Source: Eledone cirrhosa
Taxonomy: Eukaryota
DNA: 64,000 nt
Direction: 5' to 3'
Assembly: GCA_964016885.1 (NCBI GenBank)
Contig: OZ024743.1
Coordinates: 156,860,001-156,924,000, forward strand
Under the pieces are notes generated by a model. The model made no database searches. It saw only the letters and a list, made by a program, of their open reading frames with translations, and was not told where the DNA came from. A program made the translations under genes and the position numbers. Positions 1 to 13,330 of the stretch are shown here, in pieces. The stretch's first letter is position 1. Each line of letters starts with the position of its first letter.

Positions 1-290
1 AATATGCATAAGGAAAGTATATACTTTCAAACGTTCAATCATCTGTCAGAAAGGTCTACGATGCTGACGATAGCTAATAAACTTGAAACTAGTATATCGT
101 TCCGTGTCAGTGTTGAACAATAGGGCGACGATTGTTGCCGAGCAGTGTACGGCGTAATTCAGGCTGTTTGTTTACAAACAAACCGAACATTATAATAAAG
201 GTACGGTAAACCCATACGTTCATATATATATGTATGCATGTATATATATATATATACATACTACGGTATCAGCCGTAGAGTGAGAAATAA
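1..290 (+). repeat. Partial copy of the ~420-bp hammerhead-containing repeat (retrozyme-like), cut by the window edge
   Basis: Reverse complement of the 7660-10245 unit; contains a hammerhead at 58-100. Confidence 0.85.
58..100 (+). ncRNA. Type I hammerhead ribozyme (stem II partly degenerate)
   Basis: ACGATG-CTGACGA-TAGCT-AATA-AACTT-GAAA-CTAG-TA^TATCGT; stem I ACGAUG/UAUCGU, palindromic ACUAGU stem III. Confidence 0.75.
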
Positions 291-312
291 AGGTTCCTTT
301 ACATTATTTTCC

Positions 313-344
<32 letters not shown>

Positions 345-374
345 AAGATAAATCAAATGAATTTAATCTAAATC

Positions 375-530
375 AGAATTATGGGTGTCATGCCAGAAAG
401 ACATGCGCCATATCACCCGCAAAATAGGCTCTAAGATTCTAACGAGTAGGTCCGAGCATTTTATAATAACTAGAAATTGATTAACATATAAATAAACATG
501 AATAATCACAGGAGATAATTTATACAAAAT
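375..530. repeat. Dispersed repeat homologous to 46865-47025, flanked by (TA)n
   Basis: Shared blocks such as AAAATAGGCTC...TCCGAGCATTTTATA...CATGAATAATCACAGGAGATAATTT. Confidence 0.65.
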
Positions 531-1057
531 AAATATATATATATATATATATATATGAATCAGGAAAGAAGAGTGACACGGTTTGCTATACAAAAAAGGT
601 TTTTAATCTCATTGCTGACAATTGTTTTCTCTGAATTGGTAGGTCTAGAGATCGCTATCCGCTTATTTTCGCGTTACTCGATCGCCAATACAAAATTATA
701 ACCAGTCAGTTCATCGGAGCTTGCGACAATGAAGAGAATATACAGGCATGAAAAGATTATACAAGCTACTATGTGTAGTAGTAATGGCATTCAGTTAGAA
801 CAATAACAACAATATCAACAATGCTAGCAATAAATTATTTGAAATAATCACAACATCAATCTAGGTGGGAAGTATAGTATATCTATGATTTTAGCGTGTA
901 AAACTAGCTGACATGAGGCAGATGTATAAAATTGACATGTAAAGACTGTCGTATATCAAGTGTAAAGAAAGGCTGGTGTTTTTAAACAATGTAGGTCAGG
1001 TGGCCGTAATAGTCGGTTTTTATCTGACCGATGAAGTATTTATCACTGTAGTAGAAT

Positions 1058-1480
1058 TTGTGTGGTCTACCGGATAGGTGCCCATTGGCGAATAGATGTC
1101 TCGATTCGTGCCCAGTGTACATGTGTACGGTCAACTCAGACAACTCCACCTGGCATTACATTGGATCTACCGCGGGTTCTTTTAAAAAAAGATGGTATGT
1201 ACACAGGCACTCGATGAAAAATCTTGCACTTATGGGTTCTACAACCCTCGCCAAAAAATTATGGGAACTGAAGGACAACAACACTAGCTACAGTATCAAC
1301 TGGTCGATGTTGTCGGCTGCTAAAACCTACAGTACAGGTATGTTCCACTGTGGGCTATGTGATCTAGAACTACTGTATATCCTTAAAAATGTAAAATGGC
1401 TATTTAACAACAAGTTAGAAAGATCTATATTCTGCAGACACAAAATTGCCACTAAATTCATAAGATTTAAACCTCCATGA
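1058..1480 (+). pseudogene. C-terminal GIY-YIG endonuclease fragment of a Naiad-type PLE
   Basis: CPLANRCL...VY...YIGST...FKKRW..H...CGLCDLE...CRHK motifs; similar to ORF 48865-49434. Confidence 0.85.
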
Positions 1481-1799
1481 ATCGAACCGACGTAACATGG
1501 CTTTCAACTAGGATACCCACTACTCTGCACGAATCACCACAGAAATATAATCATTAAGTACATTCTACCCTTCTTCGTCCTATACCACACTAATGTCTGT
1601 AAGTATCTCATCAACCCATAAACTTATCTCTTCTCAGCTGCTGTCATCACTTGATGCTAAATCCAAGAACATTTCAAAATACTACTACAACGGAACTTTA
1701 CCTTCCGCTTGCTATAATTATAGTCAGCATGTTTTCTCTTTGTATGTATGTATGTATTTGTATGAGTGTGTGTGTATATGTATGTATATGTTTGTGTGC

Positions 1800-1843
<44 letters not shown>

Positions 1844-2323
1844 CCTACATAACCTCGGTATTAACTTACCCATTATTTAGCTTTGTTAGTGTTGTCTTAT
1901 ACATGTATGTTATTGAGGATGGAAAAGATAGACAAAACTCTCATCTAATATAGACCACACAAATACCACTACAGTGATAAATACTTCATCGGTCAGATAA
2001 AAACCAACTATTACGTCCACCTACAATGTTTAAAGACACCAGCTTATCTTTACACTTGATATAATACACCCTACGACAGTCTTTATACGTCAATTTTATA
2101 CATCTGCCTCATGTTAGTTAGTTTTACACGCTAAAATCATAGATATACTCTACTTCCCACCTAGATTGATGTTGTGATTATTTCAAATAATTTATTGCTA
2201 GCATTGTTGATATTGTTGTTATTGTTCTAACTGAATGCCATTAATACTACATATAGTAGCCTGTATATTCTTTTCATGCCTGTATATTCTTTTCAAGCCT
2301 GTATATTCTCTTCATTCTCGCAA

Positions 2324-2429
2324 GCTCCGATGAACTGACTGGTTATAATTTTGTATTGGCGATCGAGTAATGCGAAAATAAGCTGATAGCGATCTCTAGA
2401 CCTACCAGTTCAGAGAAACAATTGTCAGC
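2324..2429 (+). ncRNA. Hammerhead-like ribozyme with long stem II and CCGAUGA core (inverted copy at 614-720, minus strand)
   Basis: GCT-CCGATGA-ACTGACTGGT...ACCAGTTCAGA-GAAA-CAATTG-TC^AGC; palindromic ACAAUUGU stem III, GUC triplet. Confidence 0.65.
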
Positions 2430-2655
2430 AATGGGGTTAACAACCTTTTTTGTATAGCAAACCGTGTCACTCTTCTTTCATGATTTATTATTACTCCAAG
2501 TGTTTACAACATAGGAATTACAGCGTACTCGCAGCATCACTATGGAAACGCGTTGTTGAGTCAAACTTAGCCAAGCGTTGATATCATCCACTACCCGGAG
2601 TACCAGAACTGGACTACACCTAAGTGGACTACGTATAACTATTATTTGTTACCCC

Positions 2656-3060
<405 letters not shown>

Positions 3061-4949
3061 GCATAAAATATGAAATGCGTGTCTGTTACATATATATATA
3101 TTAATGCAAGCATAAATAGGAACCAGTTTTCGCGTAATATTGAAAACAGACTAACCTCAATGACGACTAATCTTTTGCTTATTATTTCTTTATTTTCTGG
3201 AACAAGAACTTTTCTAAATCTATAAGTCTATTAATATTTCGACACTTTCGTTACAACATTCTTAGAATAAGCATGATTCTAATAGTAATATGTGTTTCAC
3301 ATTTTTTTTTTGTAGTGATTACAAAATCACAAGTAATAAGAAGTAAAATCAAGGACACCGAAAATACAAAATGATCTGTTCATTAATTTCACCTGTATAC
3401 CTGGTATTTTATATATGTAAACGTAATTAAATATTATATAACTTTAATCACAAACTTTAAGTATATCTACATTTATTTGAATTATGGATGAAATGAACGT
3501 TTTAACGATGTAAAGCATATATATGCATTTTGTAACTTTATCTGCCCCACCATACGTTGTTTTAGTTCTCCCTATGCAAACAGATCAATTGAATGCAACA
3601 GAATTATTTGATTCAGTTATTACCATTTACTACTATAACTAATGCTACTCGAAACGATAGCTTTAGTCGTACATACATTTTTGTAAAAGATTCTTATACA
3701 ATATAGTCATGTATCATCCAAATGGGTTATTTGAATCATTGTCCAATTACGCTGCCTTGTGATATTATCCAAATTTCGAAATTGCATTGCTAAAGTTCAA
3801 TTTAATCAATCCTTAATATTCTTTAAATGTAACTATGATGGCAGCTCTGCTGACATTCTTTGAGTTAGGGAGTAAAAGTAGAACATTTTGTAGAAACAAT
3901 GACATTACCACTAAAGTGGTATCTATTCCCAGAAAATACCGAAATAAAGAGTAAGAGCTATATGCACATGTACCGACATGTGCATTACTTTATCCAAACA
4001 GATAACATTAGACGTTAAGATTGTTTGGCAGTTTCCTGTTGACACTAACACTCCAGGCAGATCTAAAGTTCCACAATCCTTTTTGCTCCATTTAATCCCG
4101 TTGATTTCCCCTGAGCATCATTTAACACAGATCATCTATGATATTTATCATCTCCTGTCCGATGATATAAATCTGTATATCAATTTCTTATTGTTGCAAA
4201 ATATTTTAAGGTGCGCAAAAAATGTGAGGACATTAGTTCTGAGCCCAAACTTGAAATAGGCTGCATTTTAAATCTCTAAAGTTCTATATGAAAATTTATT
4301 TAAGCATAAAAATAAGATATTAATAGAGAATGCGTTACATACACATTAGTTTGTCCAATTAGAAATTACACTTCTCACCGTACATATTCTTCAAACAGCT
4401 TTGAGTGCACTAGCAATACGGTCAAAGTGCCAAAAAGCCATCATCTACTTGTGTAACTATTTCTATGTTGATGCTTTATCCAATACGCATCTAACAATTT
4501 CTCGTACTATGTTTTATGTTTCCGTCAATTTTGTATCAGACGATTTCATCACAAACAACATAGCATAACTATATTTCTTTTTGTTGTTCTTTGAAGTTCA
4601 TGGGAATATAGATTTTTTCCATTTAAATTCACATTGCGTATCTAATAAATCTCATTCACCACATTCCTTTACCATTTTTACAGGTCTTTACTGTTCATTT
4701 TCCAACATAATACAGTGTCCTAATACTAACGCACATAGAAATACAGATACATATAGAGTCATAGACTTAATATACACACTTACACATACATCAACCCACG
4801 TATTTTAACTGCATTTTCTTCTGTGTTGAAAGAGTAATCTTATAAACCATTTCAGCCACCAACAAGTTTTATGACTTGTTTATACAGGTAAATGAAATAT
4901 ATATAAAATTCTGTCGGCCTTATTTTTTATGATATATAATATATAGAAA

Positions 4950-5010
4950 GAGACATACATATGCATATATTCATGATATATAACATATAGAAAGAGACAT
5001 ACATATATAA

Positions 5011-5101
<91 letters not shown>

Positions 5102-5290
5102 CGGGTATGTGTGTGTGTGCGTGTGTGCGTATGTGTGTGTATGTGTGTGTATCTATGTGTGCGGCGTACGGTGTATGCTTATACATATTTATAATATGAG
5201 GTGTATGTGATTGCATGCATTTGTATGTATATATATATGTGTGTGTGTGTGTACGTGTGTGTGTGTGTGTGCGTGTGTGTGCTTATTGCC
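4950..5290. repeat. (TA)n/(TG)n compound microsatellite
   Basis: Direct inspection. Confidence 0.95.
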
Positions 5291-5719
5291 ACAAACAGCT
5301 GCAAAATATTCTCACAGGAACGTCAGTAGTGAAACGTCTATTTGTATGTCAAGTAAACTCTGTATTAAAATCAATCAAATATGAGACTTTGGCAACTACA
5401 TGCTTTTTTTTCGTCTTCTTTCGTTTTAAGTTAATCTTCCTTTGATTTGCAACAAATAGACATGAAAATAAAGATCGTAGAACTGGCAGCGAAATATACC
5501 ATGAATATTTCAGTGATGGGTACACTAGAGTTTAATAATAAACCTATACATTCCTATACGCTAACATATACACATACATAGACACTTATGCACACATTTA
5601 CGCACACATTTACGCACACAATTACGCACACATGAACTCCCGGACTGGTGTATATATATGCACACACACACACACGCACACACAGATTCAGTGACAGACA
5701 AACACACTTACACCATTAA

Positions 5720-5777
<58 letters not shown>

Positions 5778-6914
5778 GTTACATTTTAACCTATATGAAT
5801 GACATTTTGGTGTACTTTTCTTTTTTACCAATTACAATTTTCGTCTGCTTTTTACTGTCCTTAGAGTATACTCTGACTCTTTCTTTTGTATTTAGTGTTT
5901 TGTATGTTTACTTGTTTTGTTATTCTCTTCAGTCACGTTTTCATTTTATCGTATCCACTGCGAAATTCACTGTCTAGATTCATTAAGATGAATTTTAAGA
6001 TATAGAATTTCTGAATCTTTTACATTTCCCTGGGGTGTCTGGGGGTAACGGGTTTAGTACGTTTCACATCATATGTCATATAATTTTGGGTCTACAAGAT
6101 TTATATTCTTCTCTTCAATCTCAAATATTTTATCATTGAAACTTCTGATATGCAGTTTGCATATATCACAAACGGTACCACAGTGGATCGATGCTAAAAC
6201 TATTGACAGTTGAGTTAGTATGCAAAGTTCAAATTCAGAAAGAGATGCTGTTCTTTATCCCTATGCATTCATGAAAGTATTTTAAACGTCTGGTTTACAG
6301 AGTATTGTTAAAAGGTTGTGCACAAATATATTCTCTCTAAATCAAAAGAAATTTGTTTTCGTCTCTATTTAGTAAATGTTACACAATATTAAAACCTTCT
6401 ATATAGAGAGAAAGGGCACTAATCAGCTTGCCATGAACCGCAATAAATCAAATGTTTCCAGCAAACAGAATATGTGATATTCTATAACAGAATATGATGA
6501 TATTCTATAACTCTACATCAGATTTAGTCATTTACTTTCTAATCGTGACTATTGCATATTACACGCGGAGGTTTAGATCTCCCTACGTTATACAACATGT
6601 TCGATTTTAAGGCGATGAAATGTAATTTTGGGGGATTTAGTTGATATGTTTATCAGAGTGTAAAGGCTTTTACATAGCCACGTCAATATTTATTCAAGAT
6701 AATGATAAGTAATTGACAAAAAACAGATATAATACTGAACGAATATGCAACAAAAAGTACTTTCAATGGAAGCTGTAATTCTATAGTTAAAGGTCATGTG
6801 ACACGCAGTGAGATGCGCGAAGGACATAACTGTCTCCAAGAACATATTTTTTTATGATTTACGCACAAGAACAATAATTGCAAATATTTTGGAGGGAGGA
6901 GAATGTCGATTAAA

Positions 6915-7030
6915 TCATCCCAGTGCATTACTGGTGCATTATGTTATCAACCCCGTAATGCTGAAAAACAAAGGTATGCGGCGAAGTATGTTTTCGGACG
7001 CGCTACCATTACTACCAATCCCTCCCGTCT
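6915..7030 (-). mobile_element. Degenerate copy of the tRNA-derived SINE
   Basis: CCCAGTGCATTACTGGTGCATTATGTTATCAACCCCGTAA resembles the SINE body at 14108-14150. Confidence 0.55.
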
Positions 7031-7723
7031 CTTGACTCCAACAAAATAATGATAATGATTTCTATAATTTTCACAAAGCCACACATTTTGTATGGGGGGT
7101 ATAGTTGCGGTGATCAACACACTTCATTTTTTTCTGTTAATCATTGCAATAATGGAAGAACTAAAGCATATTTATGTTTAGAGATAGCGAGTCAAAGGTA
7201 TCGTGTGTGTTTTTTGTTAGTTAAAAAAAATCTATTAACTGCATTATATAATGTTAGTTTAGATTTGTTGTCAGCTAAACATTCTAATAATTGCATTAAA
7301 AAGTGGGTTTAAGAATTTTTTTTTCAAGATTGGAGACTGACTTCATGTTGAATAACTATGCTATTTCCTATTGCCTCACGTCGGTATTTGCAAAATGGCT
7401 GACCATGTAGCACCTTATATTGTGGATCTATGGAAGTAAATAAGTGGAGAAAATGTAAAAACAATCGAGTTAATTGTTTCAAGAAGGCTAAAGATTATCG
7501 TACTAAGATTTGGCTGGCGACCGGCAATTGAAAAAGAAAATGAACATTCCAAGTACGCATCACTGCATTATAGATTTGAAATGATTGTGATATAAAAAAT
7601 CTGATTTATTTAATAAACTAAGAGATGAAAGAGATTTCGGTAACAGAAACTAAGTTGTATAAGTATGTATACGTACATACATATATGTATACAGACGTAC
7701 AGTAGTATGTATATACATACATG

Positions 7724-7856
<133 letters not shown>

Positions 7857-8704
7857 GTACGTATGGGTTTACCGAAAATTTATTATAATGCTCAGTTTGT
7901 TTGTAAAGAAACAGCCTGAATTATTAGCTGTACAGTGTTCGGCAACCATGGTTGCCATTATGTTCAACACTGACAAAAAAAAAACGATGAAATAGTTTCT
8001 AGCTTATTAGCTGTCAACAGCACCGTATTCATTCCTGTCAGACCATTGAACGTTTAATAGTATATATATTCCTAATGCATATTTACGGCTGAGCAGCCTA
8101 ATTTGCATATCGAATGAGTTAGTCGGCCGGGCGTACAAAAAACGATAAATGTAAAAAATGAAATTTTATTTTTTCACTCTTAGTACGGCTGATACTTAAA
8201 TATAAGTATGTATACATACATACATATATGTATACAGAGGTACACTAGTATGTATATACATACATGCACACATATATATATGTACCTATGGATTTACCGA
8301 ACATTTAATATAATGTTCGGTTTGTTTGTAACAAACAGCCCGAATTATTAGCCGTACAGTGTTCGGTAACCATCGTTGCCATTTTGTTCAACACTGACAA
8401 AGGAACGATGAACGACTTCTAGCTTATTAGCTGTCATCAGCACCGTATACCTTCCTGTCAGTAGATTGAACGTTTGAGAGTATATACTTTCCTCATGCAT
8501 ATTAATGGCTGAGCAGGCTAATTTGCATATCGAGTGAGTTAGTCGGCCGGGCGTACTGAAAACGATAAATGGAAAAAATGAAATTTCGTTTCTCACGGCT
8601 TATACTAAAATATAAGTATGTATACGTACATACAAATGTGTATACAGACGTAGAATAGTATGTATATACATACATACATGCACACACACACACACACACA
8701 CATG

Positions 8705-8746
<42 letters not shown>

Positions 8747-9049
8747 GGTTCACCGAACATTTACTATAATGCTCAGTTTGTTTGTAAACAAACCGCCAGA
8801 ACTATTAGCCGTACAGTGTTTGGCAAACATCGTTGCATATTAACGGCTGAGTAGCCTAATTTGCATATAGAGTGAGTTAGTCGGCCGGGCGTACCGAAAA
8901 CGTTAAATGGAAAAAATGAAATTTCATTTCTCACTCTTACTACGGGTGATACTTAAATATAAGTATGTATACGTACATGCATATATGTATACAGACGGAC
9001 AGTTGTATATATATATATATACATACATGCACACACACACGAACATATA

Positions 9050-9084
<35 letters not shown>

Positions 9085-9338
9085 GCATTGTATTACCGAA
9101 CATTTACTATAATATTTACTTAAATATAAATATGTATACGTACATACAAATATCTATACAGACGTACAGTAGTATGTATATACATACATACATACATGCA
9201 CACATATATATACATGTGTACGTATGGGTTTACCCAACATTTATTATAATGCTCGGTTTGTTTGTAAACAAACCAGAATTATTAGCCGTACATTGTTCGG
9301 CAACCATCGATGCCATTTTGTTCAACACTGACAGAGGA

Positions 9339-9381
9339 ACGATGAACTAGTTTCTAGCTTATTAGTTGTCATCAGCACCAT
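9339..9381 (-). ncRNA. Type I hammerhead ribozyme, intact CUGAUGA/GAAA core
   Basis: Minus strand: ATGGTG-CTGATGA-CAACT-AATA-AGCTA-GAAA-CTAG-TT^CATCGT. Confidence 0.75.
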
Positions 9382-9767
9382 ATACCTTCATGTCAGTCGA
9401 TTGAACAGTCGATTTGAGAGTATATACTTTCTTCATGCATAATAACGGCTGAGCAACCTAATTTGCATATCGAGTGAGTTAGTCGACTGGGGGTACCGAA
9501 AACGATAATGGAAAAAATGAAATTTCATTTCTCACTCTTAGTAAGGCTGATACTTAAATATAAGTATGTATACGTACATACATATATGTATACAGAGGTA
9601 CAGTAGTATGTACATATATACATACATGCACATATATATATATGTACCTATGGGTTTACCGAACAATTATTATAATGCTCAGTTTCTTTGTAACCAAACA
9701 ACCCGAATTATTAGCCGTACAGTGTTCTGCAACCATCGTTGCCATTTTCTTCAACACTGACAATGGA

Positions 9768-9810
9768 ACGATGAACCAGTTTCTAACTTATTAGCTGTCA
9801 TCAGCACCGT
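9768..9810 (-). ncRNA. Type I hammerhead ribozyme, intact CUGAUGA/GAAA core
   Basis: Minus strand: ACGGTG-CTGATGA-CAGCT-AATA-AGTTA-GAAA-CTGG-TT^CATCGT. Confidence 0.8.
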
Positions 9811-10429
9811 ACACCTTCCTGTCAGTCGATTGAACGTTTGAGCGTATATACTTTCCTTATGCATATTAACGGCTGAGCAGCCTAATTTGCATATCGTTAA
9901 TTATTAACCGTACAGTGTTCGGCAAACATCGTTGCCATTTTGTTCAACACTGCTAAAAGGAACGATGAACTAGTTTCTAGCTTATTAGCTGTCAACAGCA
10001 CCGTATACATTCCGGTCAGTCGATTGAGCGTTTCAGAGTATATACTTTCCTTATGCATATTAACGGTTGAGCAGCCTAATTTGGCATGTCGAGTGAGTTA
10101 GTCGGCCGGGCGTACTGAAAACGATAAATGGAAAAACTGAAATTTCATTTCTCAATCTTAGTACGGCTGATACTTAAATATATGTATGTATACGTACATA
10201 CAAATATGTAATCAGACGTACAGTAGTATTTATATACATACATAACAGAACTGTTGGAAGAACAGACATAAGTAAGACAATGGAGACAATACTGGGAACA
10301 AATATTTACAATAAGAAATACCATCATAGAGATGAGTGGCCGACTCTGTCGAAAGCCGCCTTGAGGTCGACGACGGTAACTTAGGGGCGGCGATTTTGCG
10401 GAAGTCTTTCAATAATAGGACGGAGGGCA

Positions 10430-11590
10430 GAAATATGAACGGTGGTAGATTGATCCGGCTTGTTGCTGGTGACGTCTGATTATAATGACGGGGAGAGCAC
10501 GGCTGAGTGGTATTGTGGTGAAGAGCTTACTTGAAATGGAGAGAATGGTGATGGCCCTTTGGTTGCTGTAGACCATTTTCACGTCCTTCTAGAAGGGGAG
10601 TATGATGCCCCGTGTCTAGTAATTTGGAAACCGATCTGACAACCATACATGCTTGATGATGCGGGTGAACCACTGGATCATGTTTCTTCACACGCCTTCA
10701 ACATTTCCACCGTGATATTCCACCTTGACTTCATCGGGGGTTAGATGATCGAATCCGTAATTATCGTTGGCTGCAGTTGTTGTGTCTACAGTGATCGTTA
10801 GGCAAGGATGGGTTGGGACGGATGGGTGATGTAGAAGAAGGCTGAAGTATTCTTCTCAGCGTTTGTGGTAGGTGATTTCTGAGGTAATGATCTGTCGAGT
10901 GTGTTGAACAACTGGTTGATGTTATTGTCCCTTGCCACTGCCTTCAGGTGCTCAGCTTCTCCTTCCCCGAACTTCTCCCGGTTATCTGGTTGTGGCGGCG
11001 GTACTCATTCATGTAGCCACAGAGCTAATTATCTCTAGTGTCTGCAGTGAAATCCAGGACCGTTTGGGAAGAGGTCTTGAGTTTACCAGGACGATACATA
11101 CAAATTGGTTGATGTTTAATTTAAAGATTCCCAGTTGTCGGTCTCATCCACGACCAGGGAGTTGAATCGATTGGTGATTGAGCACGCAAATATAGGGGTG
11201 ATGTTGGGATCACGAAAACAGGATGAGTCATAGTCGGGCTGGTAATTGGATGCTGGCTCTGCTCGTAACCTCAGCTTTAGTGTTGCAGCTAGCAATCGAT
11301 GGTCGGTATTGCCGAGTTAAGCTCCCCTGTAGACCTGGCAGTTGGTGACAAACGGTCTCCAGCAGTGCTAGATGATGATGTGGTCGGTTTTCCTCCAGGT
11401 GTAGCCGTCCGGACTGTACCAAGTCTAGTGATGGATCAGATTTCGGGGGAACAAGGTGTCAGTGATACAGAGATTGTTGTAGTGGCACAGGATCAGCAGG
11501 CGATTATTGTTGTCATTGGCGGATTGGTCAGCAACGGTTGTGCCAATGGGTTTAGTTTTGAAAGGTTGATTGGTTGGAACTTGGCATGTT
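10430..11590 (-). mobile_element. RTE-clade LINE remnant: APE endonuclease and start of RT
   Basis: Minus-strand translation with stops: NLCITDTLF...TWYSPDG...TDHII...NTDHRLL (APE) and GIILPF...SNQRAITILSISSKLF (RT start). Confidence 0.7.
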
Positions 11591-11699
11591 TGTGAGCGAG
11601 TTTCTGGTGTTGTCTTCAGGAACTACCACCTTACCAACCTGAGATCAGGAACGCACTGACCATATACCGGGAGGAATCAGCAAACATTGGCCTTCGGCT

Positions 11700-12135
11700 G
11701 AACGGGCTGAAGACCAAGCTGATATATTTCGGCAATGGCCCGGACACTTCCCCTCATCATATTGGCCCCAATGTAATTGAGTTTGTCAGATCCTTCATCT
11801 ACCTGGTCTCAAGTGTCACAAACAATGTGGACATGAACCCGGAGATCAACCGCAGATGTAGTCTTCCACCTGTCACCAGATCATCCTACAAGGGACTTAC
11901 TCTTGTTCAACGCAGCAGCTAGAGCCTGGGAAAATCTCCACGACAGGCCTCCCACCAGGTGGCTGGATGTCATCAACGAAGATCTCAAGAGGCTCGATGA
12001 CACCTTGGAAGATGCAGAGGGACTGGCATGGGACCAATAGTGATAGCAAGCACTGGTAGAGCTGGTCGGCTCTACGCATGTTGATGCCTCTGGGATCACT
12101 GACCTCATCGAATAAAAGAGCAAGAAAAAGAAGAA
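11700..12135 (+). mobile_element. RTE-clade LINE 3' portion (RT C-terminus and ORF end)
   Basis: KTKLIYFG...IEFVRSFIYLVS...EINRR and RPPTRWLDVINEDLKRL; ends in an (AAG)-rich tail. Confidence 0.7.
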
Positions 12136-12397
12136 TATCATTATTGTATCTTAAATTCAGGCAACCACTATCAATAAATTGTATTGACTTCACAATGACG
12201 GTCAACCGGATAATTTAAGCGTTAGTGTAGTTCATTACAAAATGTACGTGTCTCGGAACACTACATTTGAATATTTAGAAGCATATATTTTAATTCTAGT
12301 TGCTGAGGGAATAGTGAAAATAGAACGATATATACTTTGACATGTCAATCAGTGTTCACCAGGGATGCATTCTGGTATTATTACTTTTACTATTACA

Positions 12398-12590
12398 GGG
12401 AGGTGGATTGGCAGTATTGGTGGAGCGTCAGACACCATCTTCGCAGCATATAGTTATGGCTCTTTACGTTCTGAGTTCTAATCCCGTCGAGGTTAACTTT
12501 GCCTTTAATCCAGACGGGGTCGATAAAATAAAGTACCGTTAATGCACTGGGATAATTGCTGGCCTTGCGCCAAAAGTAGAAACAATTATT
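12398..12590 (+). mobile_element. tRNA-derived SINE, near full length
   Basis: A-box-like TGGCAGTATTGG, degenerate B-box GAGTTCTAATCCC, body TTTGCCTTT...GGGGTCGATAAAATAAAGTACC, 3' GTAGAAACAATTATT. Confidence 0.85.
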
Positions 12591-12829
12591 CCTTTTAATA
12601 CTAAATGGAGCTTTCATTGTTAAATGGAAGTTGACAGCATCTATTGCAAGATCCATTCGTGCATGACCGCCATGGAATATGTTAATGGTAATACATTGTT
12701 GTCTGAATCCAGAGACAGGTTATGAGATCTGTTTACCACCAGGTTGATATGGCGAAGAACACCGGAGGTAGAATGAATACAGTGAATTCGAAGGCTATAG
12801 TGATGGGGAAAAACGTCATGTAGCATTCG

Positions 12830-13330
12830 TCTTATCGTTGAAAACGTCAAGCGATTCACATACTTTGAAAGTATTATGTGAAATAATAGATTCACTGAGA
12901 AATGACGTTAAATAAAGAATAGGAAGTATGACAGCAAAGACTCACCGAAAGTACAAATTATAGTTCATGAGCTCGCCGAACACCCCATCAACACCTACAG
13001 ACACAATATGATCATACAGAAATCGATGTTATGCAAATGGCTGGAATTAAATGCGAAAATCACCAAAGATGTCGATGCCTTTCAGGAACGTGGCTTCAGC
13101 AAAACTTTGAGAATTTCCTATATTCGCCTTATCAGAAAAACTCCAAGACATGAATGGAGATGCTGATCACTCCCCGTGGAAGCCGGAGTGTTGGTAAGCA
13201 AAATGTTCATGGATATAGCAGACGAGGAAAAAAATAAATCATGAGACACGCAATTTAAAGAAGACATGAAGCGAGTTAACACAATCTGGGGAGACATAGA
13301 ACATACAACTGGCCAGGGATTTTACAGGGG
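12830..13330 (+). mobile_element. Highly decayed RTE-like RT C-terminal fragment
   Basis: VENVKRFTYFESIM and DVDAFQERGFSKTLRISY resemble RTE RT thumb-region motifs. Confidence 0.5.

Larger units (their letters stand above)
558..2485 (+). mobile_element. 5'-truncated Penelope-like element (Naiad-type GIY-YIG end) with ~510-bp inverted pseudo-LTRs
   Basis: 558-1069 is the reverse complement of 1951-2485; the arms enclose a GIY-YIG fragment and 3' UTR; left end abuts (TA)n. Confidence 0.85.

Noticed and set aside
2505-2560. GAAACGCGTT stem III-like motif with CAAC/GTTG
   Set aside because: No recognisable CUGANGA core or stem II
4850-4895. Possible host micro-exon (TTCAG...ACAG|GTAAAT)
   Set aside because: No partner exons or recognisable peptide; such signals arise by chance in AT-rich DNA
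12398-12490. tRNA gene call for A/B-box sequences
   Set aside because: No cloverleaf; multi-copy with shared body, tail and TSDs, so SINE
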